From the NCBI GenBank assembly GCA_963700285.1, contig CAVOXA010000001.1:1632001-1696000 (forward strand): a DNA stretch of 64,000 bases. The letters are read 5' to 3'. A program made the translations under genes and the position numbers. This DNA comes from an uncultured Chloroflexia bacterium. Its GTDB lineage: Bacteria; Chloroflexota; Anaerolineae; JAAYZQ01. The notes under the pieces were generated by a model. It saw only the letters and a list, made by a program, of their open reading frames with translations. It was not told the DNA's origin and made no database searches. The stretch's first letter is position 1. Every line of letters begins with the position of its first letter. Shown here in pieces: positions 21,074 through 30,418 of the stretch.

Positions 21074-21102
21074 ATTATACCAGATCTTTGGAATGCAGTC
21101 AA
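21074..21102 (-). promoter_or_regulatory. Sigma70 promoter of the E1-ECF-E2 operon
   Basis: TTGACT-17 nt-TATAAT with extended -10 TG. Confidence 0.75.
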
Positions 21103-21197
21103 GTCCAGTTTAACAAGGTTTGCCTGATTATGCAATTACTGAACTCGAAATACAGTACAGCTTGAAGGGAGATGCCGCATTAAACAAAATGGGCCTA

Positions 21198-21226
21198 TTG
21201 ACAACCGGCAGTACTTGCGCTATAAT
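21198..21226 (+). promoter_or_regulatory. Perfect-consensus sigma70 promoter of the repeat protein gene
   Basis: TTGACA-17 nt-TATAAT, exact consensus. Confidence 0.85.
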
Positions 21227-21349
21227 GTTATCAGGCCCGAGCAAGCAGGATGCGGGATCAACTTCTATTTCCGGCCGAGATAAGGAGGTGGCGCGGCTAC
21301 GATAAACCAGTAGTGGTTCGATGAGCAGTGAGAAAGGAGCGATAGCACC

Positions 21350-24300
21350 GTGAAGATTAGGATGAGTATCCTCATTGGACTCGGAGCGGTCTTGATCTTG
21401 GCTGCAGCCTCCGGTCTGGTACTGGCCTCCGACGCCTCTCCTACTGAAGAACCGGCGAGTTCCCCTTTCTTCGATGTCACATTGCAACAAGCTGTGGATG
21501 AGCTGGACGGCAAAGCAAGGGTCGCTCGGACCGCAGCCCAAGCTGCGCCAACCCAGCACTACACCACCGATCCCAAGCTCTGGCCCGAGTGCGAGTTTGG
21601 TTTTACCCGTGACCTGCTCCAATGGCCTGGTTGCCACTACACCTCGGATCCCAACAATCCCAAGTGGAGCTGCGGCCCTGAAGATCCCCCCTGGCCGACC
21701 AAGGACTATACCTGGGATAGCGGACTCTGGCCCAAGGACTGCGGGAAGGAACTCACCCAGGATCCTGGCTTCTGGTGCGAGCCCACCTGGACGCGCGATC
21801 CAGAAAGATTCCCCCAATGTCGCTCCGACTATACCTCAAATCCCGAGGCGCTGAATTGGTGCCAGCCCCGCTATACCAGGGATCCCGCACAGTGGGACAA
21901 CTGCCCTACTGAGCCACCATTCTATACTGAAGACACAGCAGTTTGGAAAGAGTGTGATGCGGACGAATATACCAGCGACCCCTACCGCTGGAGCGAATGT
22001 CACTTTACGTCGGACCCAGGAAATCCGCACTGCATCGAACGGCCCTTCCCAACGCAGGACTATACCAGTAATCCCTTGACCTGGAAGGAGTGCGATCCAA
22101 GCTTCACCTGGGATCCGGCGCAGGTGCCCTGTGGAGATCCCAAGTACACCTCTGGCGATGCGTGGCCCTGGTGTGTCGATCCAGGCTATACCACCAACTC
22201 TGTCGAGTGGCACCTGTGCCATTTCACCTCTGATCCAAGAATGTGGCCGGATGCCTGTGGCGAGCCGTATGCGACCCAAGACTTTACCTGGGACAACAAG
22301 CTCTGGCCCAAGTCGTGTGGTGCGGAGCTGACCCGCGACCAGAACTTTTGGTGCGACCTGCGCTATACCACCGAACCGGGCGCGTGGCCCTGGTGTAATC
22401 CCGCCTGGACGTGGGATCCAGGCCAGGTCGTGTGTGCGCCCGGCTACACAAAGGACCCTGAAAGCTGGAAGGAATGCCGTGAGGGGCTGTATACACAGGA
22501 AGTGGGAGTCTGGCCGGCGTGCGAGTACTACACGGGCGATGCCCGTGTCTGGCCTGAATGCCACTATACCTCCGAGCCTGGCCTGTGGAAGGCTTGCGAC
22601 GAAGATCCGCCCTTTGCCACCAAGGACTATACGACCGATGCCGTGCTGTGGCCTGAGTGCGAACATCCCCCCGAGTACACCACGGACCCGACAGGCTGGC
22701 CGGAGTGCCACTATACTTATGACGCTCCTTTCTGGGCAGAATGCGAGCCTGTTCCGGGGGATTCCTCCGATCTGGGCGATGCCCCGGACAGCACCAACCA
22801 TGTCGGTAAAGCCATGACGGCCTATCCTGCGGGCGGGCCGCCGGGTGTTGGCGCCCGCTATCCTGCGGTCTTTGATCCCCTGACCGGTTTGCCCAAGGGC
22901 CCGCTGCACGTGCAGCCGCGGGCCGACTCTTGGCTGGGGGAGCGGGTAACCCTGGAAAAGGATGCCGACCAGTTGCCGGACGAAGACGCTGTGACCAATA
23001 TCGACCCGCGGACCGACACGCCCGATAGGGACAAGGCTGATGATGGTGCGAAGGTTCCCGTGCCGGCGCCTCACTGCGTGCGTACTGTGTTCAAGTACAC
23101 CGTCACGATCGCAGCGGGAGCGCCCAAGGTCGGCCGCTACGTCAATGTTTGGTTCGACTGGAACCGCGATGGCGATTGGGAGGATGCCTTCGAGTGCGCC
23201 AAGTCCGGGGATGCCCCCGAGTGGGCTGTGCAGAACCAGTTGGTCACTTTGGGTCCAGGTACCTATGTGCTAGAAACGCCGGCCTACCTGCCCTGGAATC
23301 CCCCGGGAGGCAATATCAGCGAGATCTGGATGCGTATATCCCTGGCCGACCAGGTGGCTCCCCGCGCCCCCGCGACCAGTCTAGCCGATGGGCGCGGCCC
23401 GGATGCTGGCTACAAGTACGGCGAAACCGAAGACTATTACTTTAAGCCATCCTGTCCCAAGCCTGTGGCCGACTTTGTCTGGGATCCAACCCCCGTCTGT
23501 GCCAAGCAACCCGTCTCCTTCCTGGATACCTCCACGAGCGCGCTTCCTCTGACGTGGTCCTGGGACTTTGATGGTCTCGGTAGCAGTAGCTTGCAGAACC
23601 CGACTTTCACCTTCAGCAGTGCTGGTACCTATGACGTGAGCTTGAAAGCGACCAATGCCTGTGGGCCTGATACAAAGACAAAAAGGGTACCCGTGATCGA
23701 CTGTCCGCCTCAGGATCCTGCCTATGACATTTATCTGAAGGACAACCTCGCCGATGACGGCTCTGTGCCCAGTACCGGTCCTTTCTGGCCGAGTCCTGAT
23801 ATCTGGGTTCGCAACGACGGGGACTGCACGGTAACCGCCCACCAAAACCCCATTGCCGGCAGCACGACGACGATCTGTGTCCGGGTCCGCAACCGCCTGG
23901 CCACAACAGTGGACAATATCACGGTCCAGGTTTACTATGCGAGTGCGGCCATGGGCCTCTCGTGGCCGGGGAGCTTTAGCCCTGTGGGTAGTCTGACGAT
24001 TGCAAGCCTGGCCGGAGGCGCCGTGACGGTCAAACCCGTCTCGTGGAGCGTGCCCGGTATTTCCGGCCATTTCTGCCTGCTAGCGCGGGCTAATGCACCC
24101 AAAGATCCCATCGGTAGTGGCACTGATACAGTCGCACCGGTTGACCACGTGCCGAACAACAACAACATCGCCCAGAAGAATCTCTATGCCGTTGACTATC
24201 CCCAAGTGACCCACTGTGGGTTCTTTAGTACCGCTGAGCACACGGACGTCGTCGTCTTTGATGCGGTCAATACCAAAGCGACAGCAACAGACGTAGACAT

Positions 24301-24628
24301 CGAGTTCGACAGCAACGATTTCCCGCCGGGCGGGGAACTGATTGTGGAGCCCGGAAGCCTCTGGGGACGGTGGACCACGCTGACCAACTTTGACCAGTCG
24401 GGGTCCACACTGCTGCCAACCGGCTTCCCGGCTACGATGGGTGGCGTTGAAATGACCGGCCATGAGGCAGCGTCGCTCACAATGACCATAACAGCCGAGA
24501 TCGACGAAAGCTTTACCATCAGTGTCACAGAGATTTCTGGGAGCAAGGCGGTGGGGGGCATCGTGTTCGTGCGCGACCTGCCTGACTGCGTGTATCTGCC
24601 GGTCATCATGAAAAAGACACAGCCGTAG
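21350..24628 (+). CDS. Large secreted/surface protein: Cys/Trp repeats, GEVED domain, PKD domain, DxGxxP-SPDIWV domain and C-terminal YLPxIMK motif
   Basis: Signal peptide; DLGDAPDS..WFDWNRDGDW..GETEDY (GEVED); PVADF..WSWDFDG..QNPTFTF..GTYDVSL (PKD); SPDIWVRN..NNNIAQKNL; terminal YLPVIMKK. Confidence 0.85.
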   Translation: MKIRMSILIGLGAVLILAAASGLVLASDASPTEEPASSPFFDVTLQQAVDELDGKARVARTAAQAAPTQHYTTDPKLWPECEFGFTRDLLQWPGCHYTSDPNNPKWSCGPEDPPWPTKDYTWDSGLWPKDCGKELTQDPGFWCEPTWTRDPERFPQCRSDYTSNPEALNWCQPRYTRDPAQWDNCPTEPPFYTEDTAVWKECDADEYTSDPYRWSECHFTSDPGNPHCIERPFPTQDYTSNPLTWKECDPSFTWDPAQVPCGDPKYTSGDAWPWCVDPGYTTNSVEWHLCHFTSDPRMWPDACGEPYATQDFTWDNKLWPKSCGAELTRDQNFWCDLRYTTEPGAWPWCNPAWTWDPGQVVCAPGYTKDPESWKECREGLYTQEVGVWPACEYYTGDARVWPECHYTSEPGLWKACDEDPPFATKDYTTDAVLWPECEHPPEYTTDPTGWPECHYTYDAPFWAECEPVPGDSSDLGDAPDSTNHVGKAMTAYPAGGPPGVGARYPAVFDPLTGLPKGPLHVQPRADSWLGERVTLEKDADQLPDEDAVTNIDPRTDTPDRDKADDGAKVPVPAPHCVRTVFKYTVTIAAGAPKVGRYVNVWFDWNRDGDWEDAFECAKSGDAPEWAVQNQLVTLGPGTYVLETPAYLPWNPPGGNISEIWMRISLADQVAPRAPATSLADGRGPDAGYKYGETEDYYFKPSCPKPVADFVWDPTPVCAKQPVSFLDTSTSALPLTWSWDFDGLGSSSLQNPTFTFSSAGTYDVSLKATNACGPDTKTKRVPVIDCPPQDPAYDIYLKDNLADDGSVPSTGPFWPSPDIWVRNDGDCTVTAHQNPIAGSTTTICVRVRNRLATTVDNITVQVYYASAAMGLSWPGSFSPVGSLTIASLAGGAVTVKPVSWSVPGISGHFCLLARANAPKDPIGSGTDTVAPVDHVPNNNNIAQKNLYAVDYPQVTHCGFFSTAEHTDVVVFDAVNTKATATDVDIEFDSNDFPPGGELIVEPGSLWGRWTTLTNFDQSGSTLLPTGFPATMGGVEMTGHEAASLTMTITAEIDESFTISVTEISGSKAVGGIVFVRDLPDCVYLPVIMKKTQP
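21560..22744 (+). repeat. 27 intragenic degenerate repeats [YFWL]-T-x-[DNE]-P-x-x-W-x-x-C
   Basis: Counted manually in the translation, from YTTDPKLWPEC to YTYDAPFWAEC; one Cys per unit. Confidence 0.9.
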
Positions 24629-24715
24629 TCAGGGGAGGAATACCCGGTCTCGATCTGTGATGTATGACCGCTGACAGCCACCGGACGCATGAGCCGGTGG
24701 CTGTTTCTGTATCTC

Positions 24716-25471
24716 TCAGCGTTGGCTGGCCAGCCCGCCCGCTATCTCGCCGCCGTCGATGACAAAGGACTGTCCGGTGATAAATCCCGCGTCGTCGGAG
24801 GCCAGGAAGGCAAAGAGCGCGGCCACATCCTCGGGACGGCCCAGCCTGTTCAGCGGCAGCTTGCTGGCGAAGGACTGTTGCATCTCCAGCGTGTATTCGG
24901 CTTCCTGCATGGGCGTCAGGATGAAGCCGGGGCATACGGCGTTCACCCGAACCGAGGGTCCCAATTCCAGCGCCATGGAGCGGGTTAGCTCGATGACGCC
25001 GGCTTTCGAGGCGTTATAGTCGGCATAGTAGGGATAGCCCATCAGGCCGTTGGTCGAGCCCATGTTCAGGATGACGCCGCCCTCCCCCGCCAGCATCCGG
25101 CGCGCTGCTTGCTGGGCGACATAGAACACGCCATTCAGGTTGACGTCGATCACCCTGCGCCATTCATCGGGCGTGATATCGACAAAGGGATGGCGGATGC
25201 TGATCCCTGCGTTGTTGATCAGGATGTCCAATCCCCCAAGCAGTACCGTCCAGTTCGTCAAAGGCTCGGGCCACGTCCTCGGGCGTCGGCGACATCGGCC
25301 TGGATGCTGCCGCTCAAGGCAAGCTCACCCTCCATGCTGCGCTGAGGCTGTCTCTGTCGCGGTCCAGTACGACCACCCGGCCCCTTCCTCCAAGAAACGG
25401 ACCGTCGTCGCCCTGCCGATGCCACCCGCTCCGCCGGTGATCAGGACGCGTTTGTCTCTTAGACCCCGCAT
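24716..25471 (-). CDS. SDR-family oxidoreductase, frameshifted in its 5' part
   Basis: MRGLRDKRVLITGGAGGIG at 25471; NNAG and YNASK in a different frame; indels at about 25250-25400. Confidence 0.8.
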
Positions 25472-25561
25472 GGAATTCTCCTTGCCGCAGCCTTGGTCTG
25501 TCTCAAGCGTCTCCTGTCCCGGGAAACGTCACGACTTGTCTCTGTCTTTCGTCGCGCTCCC

Positions 25562-26603
25562 TCAGCGCAGTATGAATCCATCGCGCAGGGGATCCTCCGG
25601 GTCGATCAGGAATTCGTGCCGGCCCGTGATGTGTGCCGAGCCCTCGACCTCTGGGATGATGGCCGGGTATGGGACCAAAGGTCGTCGTCTCCACGATGCG
25701 GCCGGTGAAAGCGGCTGCCGATGATGCTCTCGACGACCATCGGTCTCGCCGAAGCCGATCTCCCCGCGCGCATGGTGGATGGCCAGCCGGCCGCTGACGC
25801 CCGTACCGGTCGGGCAGCGATCCACCTCACCCTCGGCAAAGACGCAGACGTTGCGGCTGTGGGCTCCCTCATCCAGCGGCGGTCCGATAAAGATGGTGCC
25901 ATAGAGAAAGCTCAGGTCCTCCTCAAAGGGATGAGGGATGGGCCGGCTGGCCATGATCGCCCGCTTGATGGCGACGCCCTTTTCGATGATGGCGCCGGAA
26001 ATCCTCCGGCGTGCAGGTCAGGCCGACGTCCTCGGCCTGCACGTAGGCGTAGAAGGCGCCGCCAAAGGCCAGGTCGTAGCGTACCTGGCCCAGGCCCGGC
26101 ACCTCGACCGTCTCGTCCAGGGCCAGGACAAAGGAGGGCACGTTGTGAAAGCGGACGCTCGCCACCTGCCCACCGGCGACCCGGGCGTGGGCCGTGACCA
26201 GCCCGGCCGGGGTGTCGATCCTGATGGTCGTCTCGGGTGCCGTCATGGGCAGCAGGCCGGTCTCCAGGGCCACCTTGGTGATGCCGATGATGCCGTGCCC
26301 GCACATGGTGCTGTAGCCTTCGTTGTGCATGAACAGCACGCCGATGTCCGCCTCGGGGCTGACCGGCGGCGTGACGATGCAGCCATACATGTCGGCGTGG
26401 CCCCGCGGCTCCCACATCAGCGCCGTGCGCAGGTGGTCCAGGTTCTCCCTGGCATAGCGGCGGCGGGCCAGGATGGTGTCGCCCGGCAGCTCGGGATAGC
26501 CCCCGGTGATGACCCGGAAGGGTTCGCCCGCGGTGTGGGCGTCGATGGTGGTGATCTTGAGCCAGTCCTCTGGGGGTGTCCAATCTGTCATCTTGTTCAG
26601 CAT
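25562..26603 (-). CDS. Proline racemase family, Cys/Thr type (trans-3-hydroxy-L-proline dehydratase-like), frameshifted
   Basis: IDAHTAGEPFR, LMWEPRGHADMYG, STMCGHG, DLAFGGAFY, VDRCPTGTG and DPEDPLRDGF, spread over several frames; RBS GGGAGG. Confidence 0.85.
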
Positions 26604-26673
26604 CTCGCACCTCCCATTGACCTCGGTCGTTTCGACGAGTCGCAGGCTCACGAGCTCTCCGAGGCCCGCGTAG

Positions 26674-27440
26674 CTAACCCGCCAAGCCACCGCCGTCCAC
26701 CACCAGGGCCGTGCCGGTGACAAAGGATGCTGCGTCGCTGGCCAGGTAGAGGGCCGCCTGGGCGATGTCCTCCGGCCTGCCGATGCGCTGCAGCGGCCGG
26801 TCGGCCGCCTCGGCCAGGAACTGCTCATCCGCCTGGCCCAGCTGTCGCGCCTCGCTGCGCAGCATGGGGGTGTCGGTGTCGCCGGGACAGATGCAGTTGA
26901 CGCGGATGTTCTGCTCTCCATGGTCGAGGGCCATGGCCCGGGTCATGTTCACCACGGCTCCCTTGGAGGCGCAGTAGGAGACCGCGTTGCGCCCGCCGAC
27001 CAGCCCCCAGCCGGAGGCTGTGTTGATGATGACGCCGCCGCCGGCCTTGGCCATCACCGGGATGGCGTACTGGCTCAGCAAAAAGATCGACTTGACGTTG
27101 ACGGCCATGACCCGGTCCCACTCCTCCTCGGTGATGTCCAGGACGGTGGTCCGCCGGATGATGCCCGCGTTGTTGACCAGGATGTCCAAGCGCCCAAAGG
27201 TGGTCCACGGTCTGCTGCACGGCGCGCCGACAGTCGTCTGTGCGCGTGACGTCACAATGTATGAAAAGGCCGCTGGCTCGCCTCTGGACAGGATCTCCTG
27301 TACGACGGCCTGCCCGCCCGCTTCGTCCAGATCCACGACGGCAGACGGCTGCACCTTCGCGGGCGAACAGTAGGGCCGTCGCCCGGCCGATGCCCGATGC
27401 CGCCGCCAGTGATAAGGGCGACCTGTTTTCTCAGTAGCAC
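26674..27440 (-). CDS. SDR-family oxidoreductase, frameshifted in its 5' part
   Basis: GTG start, KQVALITGG..GIG, LVNNAG, YCASK and CPGDTDTPML. Confidence 0.8.
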
Positions 27441-27558
27441 AGTGCTCTCCTTGGTCTGTGTCCTACGACCTGGCCGTTGAAGGGCAGAAAACGTAGAATC
27501 AATGGACTCAATTAGGACTTTTGACCCTTGAGTAGGGTGCGACAGGTTTGAGCGCCAT

Positions 27559-27581
27559 GCATCGGGTCCGTGACCCGATGC
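27559..27581. other. Perfect 10-bp intergenic hairpin
   Basis: GCATCGGGTC-cgt-GACCCGATGC. Confidence 0.5.
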
Positions 27582-27621
27582 GAGCGACCTATACCTGCAT
27601 ACTTGTTGGTGCGAAATAGCA

Positions 27622-28813
27622 CTAGGCGGACACCTTGCGGACGGCGTGCTCGTGATAGCCGGTGACAACAGTGACATAACCGCTCAGCGCTTCATCCAGG
27701 ACGGTGTCGCCGGTGTCTACCAGCAGAGGCTTGCCGCCCAGCGCATTGAGCTTTTCCTTGGTGCCCACGACGACAATGTTCTCCCATGGTCTGGACGTAC
27801 CGTCACCGCTGGAAAGGCTGGCGCCAGCGGCTCGAATGACCCTGGGACTGATCTGCTGATTTCCCCGACCAAAGATGTAACCCCTGACCGCCGATGAGAG
27901 TGACGATGATCTTGGCCCTGGCCATACCTGTCCAACAGGTCCAGGAGCTCTGCTTCGTTGGCATCCGCCTGGACCAGTCTTCCCCTTAGTCCCTTCGCTC
28001 ATCGCTGTCAGCATCCGGAAGACGTCCACGCCCAACAGCGTCTTCTCCAGGCCCAATTCGTCGGCGATGGCCCGGGTCGTGGTCCCTGGACCGACAATGT
28101 ACAGCACAGTCGTCCTCCATCCGCTCCACGACGTCCTCGGCGATGGCAGTCAATGAGCTGCTGCCGCCGATGCTGGCCGTCTTTTGGTTCTGTACCAGGC
28201 TGGTCCGGAAGGGGATCTTGAGGTAGCCATAGAGCTTGGCCGAGACCGTTCCCGCTGGCGGAAGGCCTCCTCGTCGATGTCCATGACCTCGGCCTCCTCG
28301 CAGGCTGGTTACCCGGCCCTGGAGGTACAGGGCCGCCAGGCTGCCCGCGCTGGCCGGGTTGGTGGCATAGACTGCGGAATGGATCTTGACCCCGGCCGGG
28401 ATGCCGAGAGCGGGCAGATCCTCACCGATGGCCCGGTAGATGTCCCGGGCGGTGCCGTCCCCGCCGGCAAAGAGCAAGAGATCGATGCCGGCGCGCAGCA
28501 TCTCCCGAGCAGCCTCCCTGGTGTCCTGTGCCGTGGTTGCCCCCGATACGATTCGGCCGATGACCGTGGGCTCAAAGCCGCCGGCCCGTGGCTGCATCCT
28601 CCCCCATCTCGCCCGGATAGGTGATGAGGTCCAGATTCTGGCACAGATCTGAGGCGTTCTAGAGCCTGCGCGGCGCGGCTTGAGGCCTGGGGCACAGCTC
28701 CCAGTTCCAGCGCCCTCTCCTGGATCTCGGCTCCATCGCTGCCCTTCAGCCCGACCCTGCCCCCGATCCCAGCGAGGGGATTGACAATCAGACCCAGCTT
28801 GCTTGCGTCCCAT
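27622..28813 (-). CDS. ATP-NAD kinase / AcoX-like family protein, frameshifted
   Basis: [54 protein letters not shown] and LLVDTGD across frames. Confidence 0.8.
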
Positions 28814-30418
28814 TATCCCCCTCTGCCTATCGCCGGAGCTTCTTCTGAGTATGCCCGCCAGGTCACGGCCCAGCGAGCCGGGTCATCCAGGGGAGCGTGG
28901 TCCACGGTGTGGATGGTACTGTTGTGGGGTGCGGTCCTGACCATCTCTGGATCGGGCGCGCCTCCTCTGCGACGTGGGCCAGGATGCTGGCGTATTCGTC
29001 CAGCTCATCTTTGGAGTACGACTCCGTGGGTTCCAACGTGCAGGGTTCGGGCACGACGAAGGGATGGTGGCTGGTCCAGTAGTGGATGCCAAAATCGGCT
29101 GCCCGCAGGCCAATTTCCTCAGAATGCACCCCCGTCTCTTCCGCCAATTCCTGCCAGCTATAGCGAACCTGCTCGATGCGGCGCTTGCCCTTGGCGTAGG
29201 GGGCGCCAGCGCCAGGGATCTCCAGAATCTTTTTCAGAAGGTAGTTGTTGTTCAGGACGGCAATCTCGGCCACCTCCCGAAGGCCCTCAGCGCCGAGGCT
29301 CATGGCCCATGCGTAGGCCTTGAGGATGACGGTGGCGTTGCCGTACCAGGGCCCGATCTTGCCTATGCTGTTGGGGCGGTCAAAGTCCAGATAGTAGCGC
29401 TGACCATCGTACTGGACGACAGGTACGGGCAGGAAGCGGCTCAGTTCTTCGGACACGCCGGCGGCGCCAGCGCCCGGACCGCCGCAACCGTGGGGCGTGG
29501 AGAAGGTCTTGTGCAGGTTAAAGTGGCAGAGGTCAAAGCCGGCATCTCGCGCCCGGGTGATGCCCAGGATCCCGTTGGCGTTGGCTTGATCGTAGCAGCA
29601 CAACCCTCCCGCCTGGTGCACCACGTCCACGAATTCGGCAATCCGGGGGCTATAGATGCCGGTATCCTCGGGGTTGGTGATGAACAGAGCGGCTGTCCGG
29701 TCCGATACGGCCGTTTTCAGCGCTTCCAGATCCGGGTATCCGTCGTCGTCGGGATAGAGGGTAATAACCTTGTATCCGGCGGTTCGGGCGCAGGCGGCGT
29801 TGGAAGGATGGGAAAAGATGGTGGTGATGACCTCGTCCCGCTGCTCTTTTTCCCGGCGGGACTCGTGGTAGGCGCGGACGATGGAAACATTGGTATAGAT
29901 GGCGGCCGACCCGGCGCCTGGCTGCAGTGAGAAGCGGTTCATGCCCGAGATTTCTTTGAGAATACTGCTCAAAGCGATACATGATCTCCAGGATCCCCTG
30001 CACCGTCTCAGCATCCTGCAGGGGGTGGAGTTCCGTTGCCTTTGGGGATCTGGCCAGTTGATCGTTGATCTTGGGGCTGTATTTCATGGTGCAGGTACCC
30101 TGGCCGACGTCGATGTTCAGGTCCGCGCCCAGATTCTCCTGGGACAGCCGGACATAGTGTCTCAGCACCTGCGGTTGGCCAAGCTCCGGCAGGGCTGGCG
30201 CCTGCTTCCGGCGCAGGCCCTCGGGGAGGGTCAGCCAGGACATCCCCAACCTCATCTCTGATCCCCTGCTCCACCTCTGGTACCAGGATGCCTCGCTGCC
30301 CTGTCTGGCTCAACTCAAAAATGACAGGTTCATCCCACTTGGCTTGGTGGTACCGCCGGAGGTTTAGTTTTCCATTGGTGAATCTGTGGGCACTGATGTC
30401 AACGGTGTCCTGGCTCAT
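28813..30418 (-). CDS. gcvPB: Glycine dehydrogenase (aminomethyl-transferring) subunit 2-like, frameshifted
   Basis: GTCTMKYSP, HPLQ, LQPGAG, HPSNAA, TNPEDTG, PLP lysine in NLHKTFSTPHG.GGPG, and EPTES. Confidence 0.85.

Noticed and set aside
21560-22744. Multi-core RiPP precursor, CRISPR array or canonical multiheme cytochrome
   Set aside because: There is no neighbouring ATP-grasp, radical-SAM or peptidase gene. The repeats are conserved at protein rather than DNA level and have no spacers, and there is no CxxCH motif.
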